From contig JADFYF010000003.1 in assembly GCA_015233165.1 (NCBI GenBank), forward strand, positions 1-61,587: a stretch of DNA of 61,587 nucleotides, written 5' to 3'. The position numbers were made by a program, and so were the translations under genes. The stretch is from Candidatus Omnitrophota bacterium. Lineage in GTDB: Bacteria > Omnitrophota > Gorgyraeia > Zapsychrales > Fredricksoniimonadaceae. The stretch's first letter is position 1; every line of letters begins with the position of its first letter. The notes beneath the pieces were generated by a model that saw nothing but the letters and a program-made list of their open reading frames with translations, searched no databases and had not been told where the DNA came from. This document shows, piece after piece, positions 7,512 through 17,055 of the stretch.

Positions 7512-8849
7512 TCAATCAATCTTTACCCTCCCCCTGCCCTCGCAATAAGGGCAATCGTGAAACTTCAAAGACTCAATTGTCTTACCCGTACGAGCCCGCG
7601 TCATCTCCACCAACCCTAATTGGGAAATACGATTCACTTCTGTCTTGGCATGGTCCTTGGCTAATTCTTCACGTAGGCAGTGAAGAACCTTACGTTTATG
7701 ATCCTCACGGTTCATATCAATAAAGTCAATCACAATAATTCCCCCTAAATCACGTAGGCGTAGCTGTCTAGCAATCTCAGGGGCAGCCTCCATGTTAACT
7801 GCGAAAGAAGCATCTTCGGGCGTTCCTTTACTCTTAAAACGACCACTGTTCACATCAACAACAATCAAACCCTCCGTGGGTTCAATCACCAGATAAGCCC
7901 CCGATTTCAAATAAACCTTACTCTCGTAAATCTTTTCTAACTCTCCAGCTATATTCTTAGCCTTAAACAAAGGCTGTGGACCAGCATGATAATGAATCTT
8001 AGCTACAGCCTCTTTGCCTATTAAGGTCTCAGCAAACTTACGTAATTTAATGTATTCTTCCTGAGAATCAATAATGAGACTCACATCATCTTTAAGTAAA
8101 TCTCTGACAACCTTCCAAATCAAATCGTATTCCTTATAAACAAGAGCAGGTGCTTGCTTTTGTTTGGACAAATTACGAATACGTTCCCACATGGCTGTCA
8201 GGAATTTCGCATCGCGAGTGATTTCTTTCTCACCCTGCTCTACAGATGCTGTTCTGACTATAAACCCCCCACTTTTATAAAAATTAAAACTCTTTAAAAT
8301 CTCACGTAACCGATAACGCTCTTCAGGCTTTTCAATTTTCTTAGAAATACCATTGTGCTGATCCATCGGCATATAAACAACAAAACGTCCTGCCAAACTA
8401 ATGTGGGTCGTTAAACGAGGCCCTTTAGTTCCAAAGGGGTCCTTAACAACCTGAACTAAAACTTCCTGATCTTTTTTAAGAGGTAAATCTGTTTTACTTT
8501 TCTTAGCAGGAGCTTTCTCAGCAGCTTCCCCCTCCTTAGCCGCAGACTTTGGAATAAACATATTCAAAAGTTTTTGTGCGGCCGTCGGTTCTTGCTCAAT
8601 TTTTTCTATATCTTGCAGAAAAGGATTATCCGCATCTGTTAAATACAGAAATCCGTTTTTCTCCTGTCCAATATTAACGAAAGCTCCGTTAATTGACGGT
8701 AAAATAGACTCCACCTTCCCTTTATAAATATTACCCATCATGGATTGGTGACGTTCCAGCTCAATGTAGAAATCATCCAATTTACCACCAGACAAAATAG
8801 CAACCCGTCGTTCATCTTGTGTTACATGAATTAGAATTTCTTTTGGCAC
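7512..8849 (-). CDS. rng: Ribonuclease G/E family endoribonuclease
   Basis: S1 domain GNIYKGKVESILPSINGAFVNIG and an RNase E/G catalytic core; 445 aa. Confidence 0.85.
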   Translation of the reverse strand: MPKEILIHVTQDERRVAILSGGKLDDFYIELERHQSMMGNIYKGKVESILPSINGAFVNIGQEKNGFLYLTDADNPFLQDIEKIEQEPTAAQKLLNMFIPKSAAKEGEAAEKAPAKKSKTDLPLKKDQEVLVQVVKDPFGTKGPRLTTHISLAGRFVVYMPMDQHNGISKKIEKPEERYRLREILKSFNFYKSGGFIVRTASVEQGEKEITRDAKFLTAMWERIRNLSKQKQAPALVYKEYDLIWKVVRDLLKDDVSLIIDSQEEYIKLRKFAETLIGKEAVAKIHYHAGPQPLFKAKNIAGELEKIYESKVYLKSGAYLVIEPTEGLIVVDVNSGRFKSKGTPEDASFAVNMEAAPEIARQLRLRDLGGIIVIDFIDMNREDHKRKVLHCLREELAKDHAKTEVNRISQLGLVEMTRARTGKTIESLKFHDCPYCEGRGRVKID

Positions 8850-8938
8850 AGTTTATTCTCCTTCTCTCAAATAAGATTAATTTCCCCTCATGCCGGGAAT
8901 TTCCTTCAGTTACACCAACATGAGATCATAAGGCAGAA

Positions 8939-10375
8939 TTATTGGGAGGCCACCGGTGCAGAAGCTTTATTAGCTCCTATGGCATTTGCAGTGATAATAT
9001 GCGGTGTCAAGAAAATGATCAATTCTGTCTTTGTCTTATGATCATTGGACTTCTTAAATGCTTGACCGAAAAAAGGCATATCTCCCAAAAATGGAACCTT
9101 ACTCTTTGTTGTTTCTACAGTATCTTTGACTAAACCTGCAATAACCAGGGTTTGCCCATCACGAATCATGACCTTGGTTTTGGCCTCCTCGGTGCTAAGC
9201 TCAGGAATCTTAGCCGGTGTTGAGGGGTCTACTTGAACTAAAGCCGTGATTGCCGTAACCTTGGGATTCAAATCCAAGGTTACAAGTCCCGCATTATTAA
9301 TATGCGGGGTTACTTCAAAAATAACTCCAATATCAAGATAAGTATACCCAGACAACTGCATCTTCGCTTGCTCCTGATTGTAGGTATAACTTGGTAAAGG
9401 GTATTGAGAGCCTACTGTAATCTTAGCCGTTTGATTATCTAAGGTGACAATTCTGGGATTAGACAAAATATTTGTATCTGATCGTGTGCTTAATAATTCT
9501 AACGCTGCCGCTAAACCTGAAGTGTCCAGGGTTCCATAAGTAAATGGGGTTTTATTGGAAACACTTGGATCTCCGGGGGAAGGAATCGTAAAAGGGTCAA
9601 ACTTGTTATTAGATGTTGTATGAAATGGGAAGGTTGTAGGAATAATAGATCCGGAAGACTTTAAATTAACCGTCCAATCAACCCCCATATTCTCTGTATT
9701 ATTAAAATCTGTTTCAATAATCTTGGCCTCAATCAATACCTGAGGAGTTGGTGTGTCTAAATTATTTGTAACCTCTTCGATTAAATCGATATTGCTTTGC
9801 ACATCCCGAACAATTAACGTATTCGTCCGTTGATCAAAATTAATCTGCCCCCGGGAAGTCTTCATTTTACTGATGGAATCCACCACATCTGATGCCTTGG
9901 CAAAATTCAGCATAAATGTCCGCGTGGCTAGTGGTTCCTGATCCGCCAGTGTCTGTGCTTCTTCATGTCTCTTTTTGAGATTCTCTACCGTCGTTACTGT
10001 AATGATATTTCCTTTTCTTTCGTATCCATACCCATACGTCGAAAGAACAACTTCCAGGGCTTTTTGCCACGGCACATCATTAAGCTGAATGGTGACTGTT
10101 CCGACAACCTCAGGACCAACCACAATATTCATACTGCTCTTATAAGCCAAGACTTTCAGAACATTCTTAATATCCGCATCCTGAAAATCTAAACTAACCA
10201 CTCCTTCAGAAGTAGGCACGGCAACCGTTGTTGGAACGACTTCAGCAGAAACGGGAACCACGACAGTGGCGAGAGTTGTTGCGTTGGCTTGTTGTTGAGC
10301 AAGAACATTAACTGAACAAAATGTTACGACACCTAATAAAATAAGAGCACCGGACAAAAAGGTGTAACGACGCAT
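8939..10375 (-). CDS. pilQ: Type IV pilus secretin
   Basis: Signal peptide. Secretin C-domain with VPFLGDMPFFGQAFK...ELIIFLTPHII. Follows pilMNOP. Confidence 0.9.
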   Translation of the reverse strand: MRRYTFLSGALILLGVVTFCSVNVLAQQQANATTLATVVVPVSAEVVPTTVAVPTSEGVVSLDFQDADIKNVLKVLAYKSSMNIVVGPEVVGTVTIQLNDVPWQKALEVVLSTYGYGYERKGNIITVTTVENLKKRHEEAQTLADQEPLATRTFMLNFAKASDVVDSISKMKTSRGQINFDQRTNTLIVRDVQSNIDLIEEVTNNLDTPTPQVLIEAKIIETDFNNTENMGVDWTVNLKSSGSIIPTTFPFHTTSNNKFDPFTIPSPGDPSVSNKTPFTYGTLDTSGLAAALELLSTRSDTNILSNPRIVTLDNQTAKITVGSQYPLPSYTYNQEQAKMQLSGYTYLDIGVIFEVTPHINNAGLVTLDLNPKVTAITALVQVDPSTPAKIPELSTEEAKTKVMIRDGQTLVIAGLVKDTVETTKSKVPFLGDMPFFGQAFKKSNDHKTKTELIIFLTPHIITANAIGANKASAPVASQ

Positions 10376-10725
10376 TACAATCCCCCCTTTTTCAATCGCA
10401 CAGACAAATTTTCCTGTCCCTTAACTAAATCAACGTGATCATTAAAAATTGCAGCTACCGTATACGTTCCCACTTGATCCTTTACTTTCACAATCTTTCC
10501 GTTAATAATCGCCAAATTATGACCTGCTTTATCAATGACAACCCCTTCTAAATTCATATCCGTCGCTGTTATAGTCGAATCTGCTGATATGACTGTCCCG
10601 CTTGAAGAAATCAAAGGGCCAAAGGGATCTCTTTTGCCATGATCATCATAAACAAACGTCTTGACGTCCTCCGCGTAAACCAAACTCATACTTAAGAAAC
10701 TTAATAGGCATAAGAATTTTCTCAT
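10375..10725 (-). CDS. pilP: PilP-like pilus assembly protein
   Basis: 116-aa secreted protein positioned between pilO and pilQ; beta-rich C-terminus. The call rests mostly on position. Confidence 0.5.
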   Translation of the reverse strand: MRKFLCLLSFLSMSLVYAEDVKTFVYDDHGKRDPFGPLISSSGTVISADSTITATDMNLEGVVIDKAGHNLAIINGKIVKVKDQVGTYTVAAIFNDHVDLVKGQENLSVRLKKGGL

Positions 10726-11336
10726 TTTTTCTGCCCATCCGTATTCTTATCTGAAAGAACAACCTTCAAAGTTGCATTAATACTATGCAGCCGACTATCA
10801 CTGGTTCGATCTTCAATCGTTAAATTACTTAATGTAAAAAATAAATTGGATGATTCTAATTTATTAATAAAATGACCGAACATATGATAACCTGAAGTCG
10901 CTTGAATCACAATAGGTAAGGCATAATATTTGGTCGATTCAGAAGAAATTAAGGCCTGTTGAAACTCTGATTGAGGAGTGACTTGCTCAATCCTAACTTC
11001 ACATTCACTAGCGACACGAGAAACGTCTTCTACAACTGAAGAAACCTCCCCCAACGATCGAATCCTAGCATTGACTACCTCAAATTGAGATCGGGACAAT
11101 TTTAACCCATTGTTCATTTCACTGATGCGCTGTAAATTAGCTTTTAAATGATCCGTATTTTCCTGCATAGCCTGATTCTCACTATTAATTTTCTCAAAGG
11201 CTCTCCATTGAAAACCCAAAATCGTAAAAAAATCTAATAGAAAAAGCATCAATAAAACACTACCAAATACAGCATAACGGGCATTAACATCCCATTGATT
11301 AAACTTCTCTATGATCTGACTGAAATCAATTTTCAT
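10722..11336 (-). CDS. pilO: PilO-like pilus assembly protein
   Basis: Single TM segment plus coiled coil. Position between pilN and pilP; overlapping stop/start codons. Confidence 0.6.
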   Translation of the reverse strand: MKIDFSQIIEKFNQWDVNARYAVFGSVLLMLFLLDFFTILGFQWRAFEKINSENQAMQENTDHLKANLQRISEMNNGLKLSRSQFEVVNARIRSLGEVSSVVEDVSRVASECEVRIEQVTPQSEFQQALISSESTKYYALPIVIQATSGYHMFGHFINKLESSNLFFTLSNLTIEDRTSDSRLHSINATLKVVLSDKNTDGQKK

Positions 11337-11920
11337 TTTGTTTTTGCCGTAATTTTAAATTCAACAACCTCAGCAATTCCCTTTTTTATCCGACTAATGG
11401 AGTTGAGTTCAATAGCTATAAAATCTTTTGAAAAACCAACGTCTTTTTTAAGACTTGTAACAAAACTACCGACAACAGTAATTTCATCATGAAGCTTAGA
11501 ATAGGCACTACCCTCAATAATTAAAATTTTGTTATCCCATATAATTCTTCTAAACCAAATACCCTTAGGAGCAACATCACTTAAAATATTCAACTTCTGT
11601 GACCATACTAAAGCTTTCTTCGTTGTAATGTCACCAATCGTTGATAGTTTGGATCTTAAATCTTTAATCTCTTTACCTATAGAGTCCACGTTGTTCTTAT
11701 CCGGAACCATCCTCTGCCAGGTATCTTTATAGACAAGCTGTTGAATAAACTTAACAACATACCCGCCTATCAACACCAAATGAATAAATACTAAAAATGT
11801 TATAAAAATCCCGCCAACACCAAGAATAATTTCTTTGGGAAGATTAATAGATTTTAAAACCCCCACCCCGAGGTTCTCTTTCTTTCTTAAATGAATAGGA
11901 ACTAAATTAATTTCTATCAT
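11333..11920 (-). CDS. pilN: PilN-like pilus assembly protein
   Basis: N-terminal INLVP (INLLP-type) motif followed by one TM segment. Confidence 0.7.
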   Translation of the reverse strand: MIEINLVPIHLRKKENLGVGVLKSINLPKEIILGVGGIFITFLVFIHLVLIGGYVVKFIQQLVYKDTWQRMVPDKNNVDSIGKEIKDLRSKLSTIGDITTKKALVWSQKLNILSDVAPKGIWFRRIIWDNKILIIEGSAYSKLHDEITVVGSFVTSLKKDVGFSKDFIAIELNSISRIKKGIAEVVEFKITAKTK

Positions 11921-12969
11921 ACCTTTATTAACGCCAGTCCTATAGCAACACCCAATTGAGAGGAATATTTCTTAATGTCTGACTGAATAACATCAGGAGC
12001 TAGACGAAGATTAGCTAAAGGGTTCCAAATCTTAACAGGAATATTAAGACTTTTCTCAAAAATGCCTTCGATTCCTGCAAATGAGGAACCTCCCCCAACC
12101 AAAAACAGCTCTATAACAGGCGAGTTTCTTTCCGTCGTAAAGTAATCTAAAGATAAATGAATCTCTGCTGTCAAATTGTCAATGGAATCCTCACAGGCTT
12201 GCACCATTTCATTAAATTTATCTCCAGGAATTACTTTCAGTTCTTCTGCTCTAGCTAAAGAAACTCTCAACATATTCGCAATTTGTTGAGACATATCATG
12301 ACCACCCAGAAAAATATCTCTCGTGAATGAAGGTGAATTATTCCTATCAAGAATCATTAATGTACTGACTGAACCCCCAATGTCTAAAATAGCCCTAGCC
12401 CCCTCTGACTTTGAACCCTTCATTAATTTCTCAAAAGCATTAGCCGTTGCAATAGAATTGGTCGTCACATAACTTAATTCCATCCCCACTTCTTTAAACA
12501 TCTTTATACGGTCATCAACCAATTCTTTCTTAGCAGCAACGACCAACACAGAGGCTTTCTTCTCTTTACCTTGAGGATTAATAATATAACAATCGGTGTA
12601 AATTGCCTGCGGATCGAAAGGAAAATATTTATCAATTTCATAAATAAAAGACTTTCGAAGTTCTTCAATAGGCATGCGGGGCATATCTATATAACGAATC
12701 AAGGTGCCCTTCCCTGAAACAGACGAAATAGGAAATTGATCTTTAATATCCATACGAGCAACGACTCGCTTTATGGCCTCTTTAGCATCTGCTCCCTCAA
12801 TAGGTTCAAGAGCCCAATTTAATACTTCAAAATAATCCTTCCCACAGGCGATCTCTACTGCTTTGACAGAGCTTGTTCCAATATCAAAACCAATGACTGT
12901 TTTTCGGGATTGAGGAATAAATTGATCGATAAAATCTAGATATTTACTAAGAAATGATTGAAGTTGCAT
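11917..12969 (-). CDS. pilM: Type IV pilus assembly ATPase-fold protein PilM
   Basis: Actin-like fold with GFDIGTSSVKAVE. The start is probably the internal ATG at 12969 rather than 13017. Confidence 0.85.
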   Translation of the reverse strand: MQLQSFLSKYLDFIDQFIPQSRKTVIGFDIGTSSVKAVEIACGKDYFEVLNWALEPIEGADAKEAIKRVVARMDIKDQFPISSVSGKGTLIRYIDMPRMPIEELRKSFIYEIDKYFPFDPQAIYTDCYIINPQGKEKKASVLVVAAKKELVDDRIKMFKEVGMELSYVTTNSIATANAFEKLMKGSKSEGARAILDIGGSVSTLMILDRNNSPSFTRDIFLGGHDMSQQIANMLRVSLARAEELKVIPGDKFNEMVQACEDSIDNLTAEIHLSLDYFTTERNSPVIELFLVGGGSSFAGIEGIFEKSLNIPVKIWNPLANLRLAPDVIQSDIKKYSSQLGVAIGLALIKV

Positions 12970-13026
12970 ATAGTGCCATTGTAACAAAATTATTTTTCTT
13001 TGTAATAAAATAATCACTAATTATCA

Positions 13027-13062
13027 TAAAAAAGGCCCCGCTTTTTAAAAGCGGAGCCTTCT
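13027..13062 (-). terminator. Rho-independent terminator after the second pilin gene
   Basis: On the minus strand: ggctccgct-tttaaaa-agcggggcc followed by TTTTTT. Confidence 0.85.
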
Positions 13063-13085
13063 TTGAACTTGTTTTTCCTAACCCA

Positions 13086-13487
13086 TTATGGTGTTAAAAC
13101 GCCACCCGTTGCAATGGTATAGGTTGTAGTACCCGAAGTACCTACCGTCACAGGAGTTGCTGTGATTGTATAACCAGCAACAGCAAACGTACAGGCAAAG
13201 GTATAACCAGAAACGGTTGTACCGCAATAAGACTTATTTAAATAAGCCGGAGTTGCACCTGTTAAGGCTGCTTCGTTGGTTGGATAATTACCATTGTTAG
13301 ATGTCGCAAAAGATTCTGCGGCTGTAGATTCAGCGCGAAGAGTTGCCTTAGCTAAAGCATCGTTTGCGGACATCTTAGCACGTAGTAAGTTAGGAATAGC
13401 AATCGCTGCTAATAAAGCGATAATTGCGACTACGATCATAATTTCAACCAATGTGAATCCTTTTGATTTTGATGTCATGTTTCTCAT
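13086..13487 (-). CDS. Type IV pilin (prepilin N-terminal cleavage/methylation domain)
   Basis: KG/FTLVEIMIVVAIIALLAAIAIPNL. C-terminal Cys pair CGTTVSGYTFAC. Confidence 0.9.
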   Translation of the reverse strand: MRNMTSKSKGFTLVEIMIVVAIIALLAAIAIPNLLRAKMSANDALAKATLRAESTAAESFATSNNGNYPTNEAALTGATPAYLNKSYCGTTVSGYTFACTFAVAGYTITATPVTVGTSGTTTYTIATGGVLTP

Positions 13488-13685
13488 TTTATTCTCCTTA
13501 ATTTAATGGCATCCAGAGAATTTTGAGCTAAATCGAGTATGTATAAGTATGATAACAGACACTTCTCTCAAGCTCTTTACCTACTGGTATGCCCAATGTT
13601 TAAACTAACGATTTCCTCCTTTCTTTTTTTATTTTTCTTACTATTGCCTTAAACAATCAGGCAAATTATTTTAAAATCAATATTA

Positions 13686-14084
13686 TTAAGGAGTTAAAAC
13701 TCCTCCCGTAGTAATTGTATACGTTGTAGTTCCAGATGTTCCAACGGATACAGGAGTTGCTGTAATAGAGTAGCCTGTTGAACTAAAAGTACAGGCAAAA
13801 GTATATCCAGAAATTGTTGCCCCACAATAGGAGCTGTTTAAAAAAGCAGGGCTTGCCCCAGTTAACGAAGTTTCATTATTAGGATAAGTACTATTATTAG
13901 CAGATGCAAAAGATTCACTGGCGGTTGATATAGCCCGTAAGGTAGCCTTTGCTAAAGCATCATTGGAAGACATCTTGGCATGTACTAAATTGGGGATAGC
14001 AATCGCGGCTAGCAAGGCAATAATAGCAACCACGATCATAATTTCAACTAGAGTAAACCCTCGTTTAAAATGAAGATACTTCAT
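13686..14084 (-). CDS. Type IV pilin, tandem paralog
   Basis: RG/FTLVEIMIVVAIIALLAAIAIPNL. Cys pair CGATISGYTFAC. Same C-terminus, TGGVLTP, as the neighbouring pilin. Confidence 0.9.
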   Translation of the reverse strand: MKYLHFKRGFTLVEIMIVVAIIALLAAIAIPNLVHAKMSSNDALAKATLRAISTASESFASANNSTYPNNETSLTGASPAFLNSSYCGATISGYTFACTFSSTGYSITATPVSVGTSGTTTYTITTGGVLTP

Positions 14085-14256
14085 TTTATCTCCCTTAAAA
14101 GGATTTTTGAGTATTAACAGAGGGTTTTGAGCGGATGAGTATTACTTATGTATGAAGACGTTTATTATTCTCAACTTTAGCTCATTATCCCTACTCTTTC
14201 TCTTAAACCCTTTCTTTCGTTGACCTGTTCAATCTTAAACTACAACAACTACCTCT

Positions 14257-14285
14257 AAGATAGCATGCCAAAAGGCCCATGTCAA
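14257..14285 (-). promoter_or_regulatory. Sigma70-like promoter for the pilin genes
   Basis: Minus strand reads TTGACA (14285-14280) - 17 nt - TATCTT (14262-14257). This predicts a leader of roughly 170 nt. Confidence 0.5.
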
Positions 14286-14343
14286 ATTTTGAAGCAAAAT
14301 AGTTCAAGTATTTAATATAAAACTATTAATATCAATAACTTAT

Positions 14344-15369
14344 CTATTTTCTAAGTAAATCCTCCAATTCCACCTTGCGCTTATCCAGCCTTACCATTTC
14401 CTGCTGTAACTCCTGTAAATCAAACTTAAGGCTCTTTGTTTGAGATTTAAGTCTCTCCAATCCTGACTGCAGCCTAGACGTCTCTTCAACATCGGACTGC
14501 GTTAAACGTGCTTTTTTTGCTTTTTTCTGCAGTTGAACCACTAAAACCTTTAACTCATTTCTATTTTTTTCCAAATTACGTATACTTGACTCCAACTGAT
14601 CCATATCTTGCTCAGCCCCATCGATTGAAAGAGCTTTTGTGTTTGTAGGAGTGCCTAATTGAACAATTTCGTCCTGTAACTGGTTAATTTGTTTTTCCAA
14701 AACTTGCTTACGGGTAAGGTTTTCTTTATTTCCAGATATGATTGGGGGTAATTTATTTTGAAAATCCTGAATCTGCTCTTGTAAAAGAACTTGCCGTTCC
14801 TGACTTTCGGAGATCATTTTCAAGGCAGCCAACTTTTCCTTCTTTTTTTGTTGAACAATATCCAATAATTCCGGAGAATCCCCATCTAAAGTCACCGGTT
14901 TCCCTGGAACAAGAATACGCTCTATCTGAGCCTCTACCTTCTCCTGTTCTTTTTGCTTTGCTGTCAAACTATCCCCTTCAGTTTTAATCTGATCCTGAAG
15001 TTCTTTAATCTTGCTATCAGAATCAGCTATATTTTTCTCCAACTGTTCGATATGTTTTGCTTTAGCAATATTAGGTTGCTCCATTCTTAATTTAACACTA
15101 TTCAACTCCTCGCTGTCTTTGTTTACTTTCTGTAAGGTCATCTGCAAAACCTTTAACTGACCCTTAATCTGACTATTCTTTATTGCCATAGAATCATTGG
15201 AAGCTGACATCTCCACAGCGGTATTATTAAGTTCACTAAGGCTTTGGGTTAGTCCAGTAGAAATATACTCCTGGGTAGTTTTTTCCAAAGCATAAGAAAA
15301 AGACGGACTTAAAATAACTACGATAAAAATAAATTTAATTAAAATTTTCATAAATCTCCTTCCCTCCAA
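14344..15369 (-). CDS. Secreted coiled-coil protein (hypothetical)
   Basis: Signal peptide followed by about 300 aa of Q/E/K/L-rich heptad-like sequence. Lies between pilC and the pilins. Confidence 0.6.
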   Translation of the reverse strand: MEGRRFMKILIKFIFIVVILSPSFSYALEKTTQEYISTGLTQSLSELNNTAVEMSASNDSMAIKNSQIKGQLKVLQMTLQKVNKDSEELNSVKLRMEQPNIAKAKHIEQLEKNIADSDSKIKELQDQIKTEGDSLTAKQKEQEKVEAQIERILVPGKPVTLDGDSPELLDIVQQKKKEKLAALKMISESQERQVLLQEQIQDFQNKLPPIISGNKENLTRKQVLEKQINQLQDEIVQLGTPTNTKALSIDGAEQDMDQLESSIRNLEKNRNELKVLVVQLQKKAKKARLTQSDVEETSRLQSGLERLKSQTKSLKFDLQELQQEMVRLDKRKVELEDLLRK

Positions 15370-15390
15370 TACCAGGGATCCTTATTGGGA

Positions 15391-16608
15391 TTAATGCAAA
15401 GCTGATGTTAAATTTAAAATAGGCAAGAATAAAGCCACCACTATAAAACCAACCACAATACCTAACACAGCAATAATCAAAGGCTCAATCAGTTTAGTTA
15501 ATCCCTCAACAGCAGCATCCACCTGATCATCATAAAATTCAGCAACCTTAGCCATCATTTTCTCTAACTGTCCCGACTTCTCTCCAATCGCAATCATACG
15601 GGTCACCATCGGAGGGAAAACCTTACTTTTAGACAAAGGAACTGTAATGCTTTCGCCCTCTTTAACACTCAGCTTGATATCGTCAACCAATAGTTCAATA
15701 ACACGATTCCCGCAAGTCTTCCCGACGATATCTAGCGTTTCAAGAATAGATACCCCGCTAGAAGAAAGTGTCGAAAATGTCCGGCAAAAGCGACTGACAG
15801 ACACCTTACAAATTAAATCTCCGAATATGGGCAATTTCAAAGCCCAAGTGTCCATCTGTAGCTTCCCCTGATCTGTAGCCCGATATTTAATGCCACCAAC
15901 CACCAAGGAAATAATGACAACAACAAGTAAAAAGAACTGATGCTGCAATACATTACTAAAATCAATCAACATTTGAGTCATCGCTGGTAGCTTCGATCCT
16001 AAGGAGTCATAAATGGTCGCAAAGGTAGGAACAACTTTGATAATAAGCCCCATGGTAATGATCAAGGCCATACTGACAACAACAGCCGGATAAATCATAG
16101 CCGACTGCACCTTTTGTTTGAGCTTCTCAGATTTTTCCAAATATAAAGCCACTCGCTCCAAAATAGTATTTAAAATACCCCCTGACTCCCCCACCCGTAA
16201 CATATTAATGTAAAGTTGATCAAAAACCTTAGGATGCTTAGCAAAAGCTGATGAAAGACTACTTCCCAATTGAATGCTCTGACAAATTTCTGTAACCGTT
16301 TGTTTCAAATTCTCATTAGCAACCTGCTCTGCTAAAGCATCTAAGCACTGTAAAATAGGTATCCCTGCGTCCACCATGGTGGCAAATTGACGAGTAAAAA
16401 CAACAATATCTTCGGCCTTTATTTTCTTCCCCTTGTGAGCCTTGGGCTGATCTGACTTTGTAGCCGAATGCTTCTCTTCTTCAATAGTGACAATAATTAA
16501 GTTGCGTTTACGTAACTCCGCAACAATCATAGATTCATTATCAGCAGACATCTTGCCTTTAATGCTTTGTCCTTCCTGATCACGAGCTATATATTTATAA
16601 ATTGGCAT
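15391..16608 (-). CDS. pilC: Type IV pilus platform protein (GspF/PilC family)
   Basis: 405 aa with duplicated GspF-type cytoplasmic domains and three TM segments. Confidence 0.9.
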   Translation of the reverse strand: MPIYKYIARDQEGQSIKGKMSADNESMIVAELRKRNLIIVTIEEEKHSATKSDQPKAHKGKKIKAEDIVVFTRQFATMVDAGIPILQCLDALAEQVANENLKQTVTEICQSIQLGSSLSSAFAKHPKVFDQLYINMLRVGESGGILNTILERVALYLEKSEKLKQKVQSAMIYPAVVVSMALIITMGLIIKVVPTFATIYDSLGSKLPAMTQMLIDFSNVLQHQFFLLVVVIISLVVGGIKYRATDQGKLQMDTWALKLPIFGDLICKVSVSRFCRTFSTLSSSGVSILETLDIVGKTCGNRVIELLVDDIKLSVKEGESITVPLSKSKVFPPMVTRMIAIGEKSGQLEKMMAKVAEFYDDQVDAAVEGLTKLIEPLIIAVLGIVVGFIVVALFLPILNLTSALH

Positions 16609-16617
16609 AATTTGAAA

Positions 16618-17040
16618 TCAATAATGATGAGCGATCGCTTCTTCAATTTCAGATTTGGTGGATATAAATGTAGCGATACGGCACTTCGTTAAAGCTTCCA
16701 GTTCAGATTTCTTTTGTTCCGACAAAGGGTTAACCATAACAAGACTTAAAACACGTCCAATACGATCTAGAGGAATAATCTTCTCCTTTTGAGCCAACTC
16801 CTTTGGAATAAGCTCCAGAACCTTAGGATCTATCAAATATTTGTTAATAGCGATGTAGGGTAATTCACACTGTACGACTAAAGCTACGACAATATCTCTT
16901 TCTTCAATATAGCCAAGTTTAACGAGGATTTCACCAACAAGTCCACCCTCTTTCTTCTGAACTTCCAAAGCTTGATCTAATTGTTCCTGAGTAATGAGCT
17001 TACGTTTAATTAAGATCTCACCGATTAAAATCTTTTCCAT
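16618..17040 (-). CDS. Stand-alone GspE/MshE N-terminal (T2SSE_N / MshEN-like) domain protein
   Basis: Two 24-residue motifs separated by a 5-residue spacer: LIGEILIKRKLITQEQLDQALEVQ-KKEGG-LVGEILVKLGYIEERDIVVALVVQ. No ATPase domain. Confidence 0.7.
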   Translation of the reverse strand: MEKILIGEILIKRKLITQEQLDQALEVQKKEGGLVGEILVKLGYIEERDIVVALVVQCELPYIAINKYLIDPKVLELIPKELAQKEKIIPLDRIGRVLSLVMVNPLSEQKKSELEALTKCRIATFISTKSEIEEAIAHHY

Positions 17041-17055
17041 ACTGACTCCCCTGTT

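Noticed and set aside
13488-14343. Sigma54 (GG-N10-GC) promoters and c-di-GMP riboswitches in the long pilin leaders
   Set aside because: I scanned both leaders on the coding strand. No TGGCAC-N5-TTGC-like element was found, and none of the conserved GEMM-I/II sequence blocks I remember were present. A sigma70-like promoter fits better.
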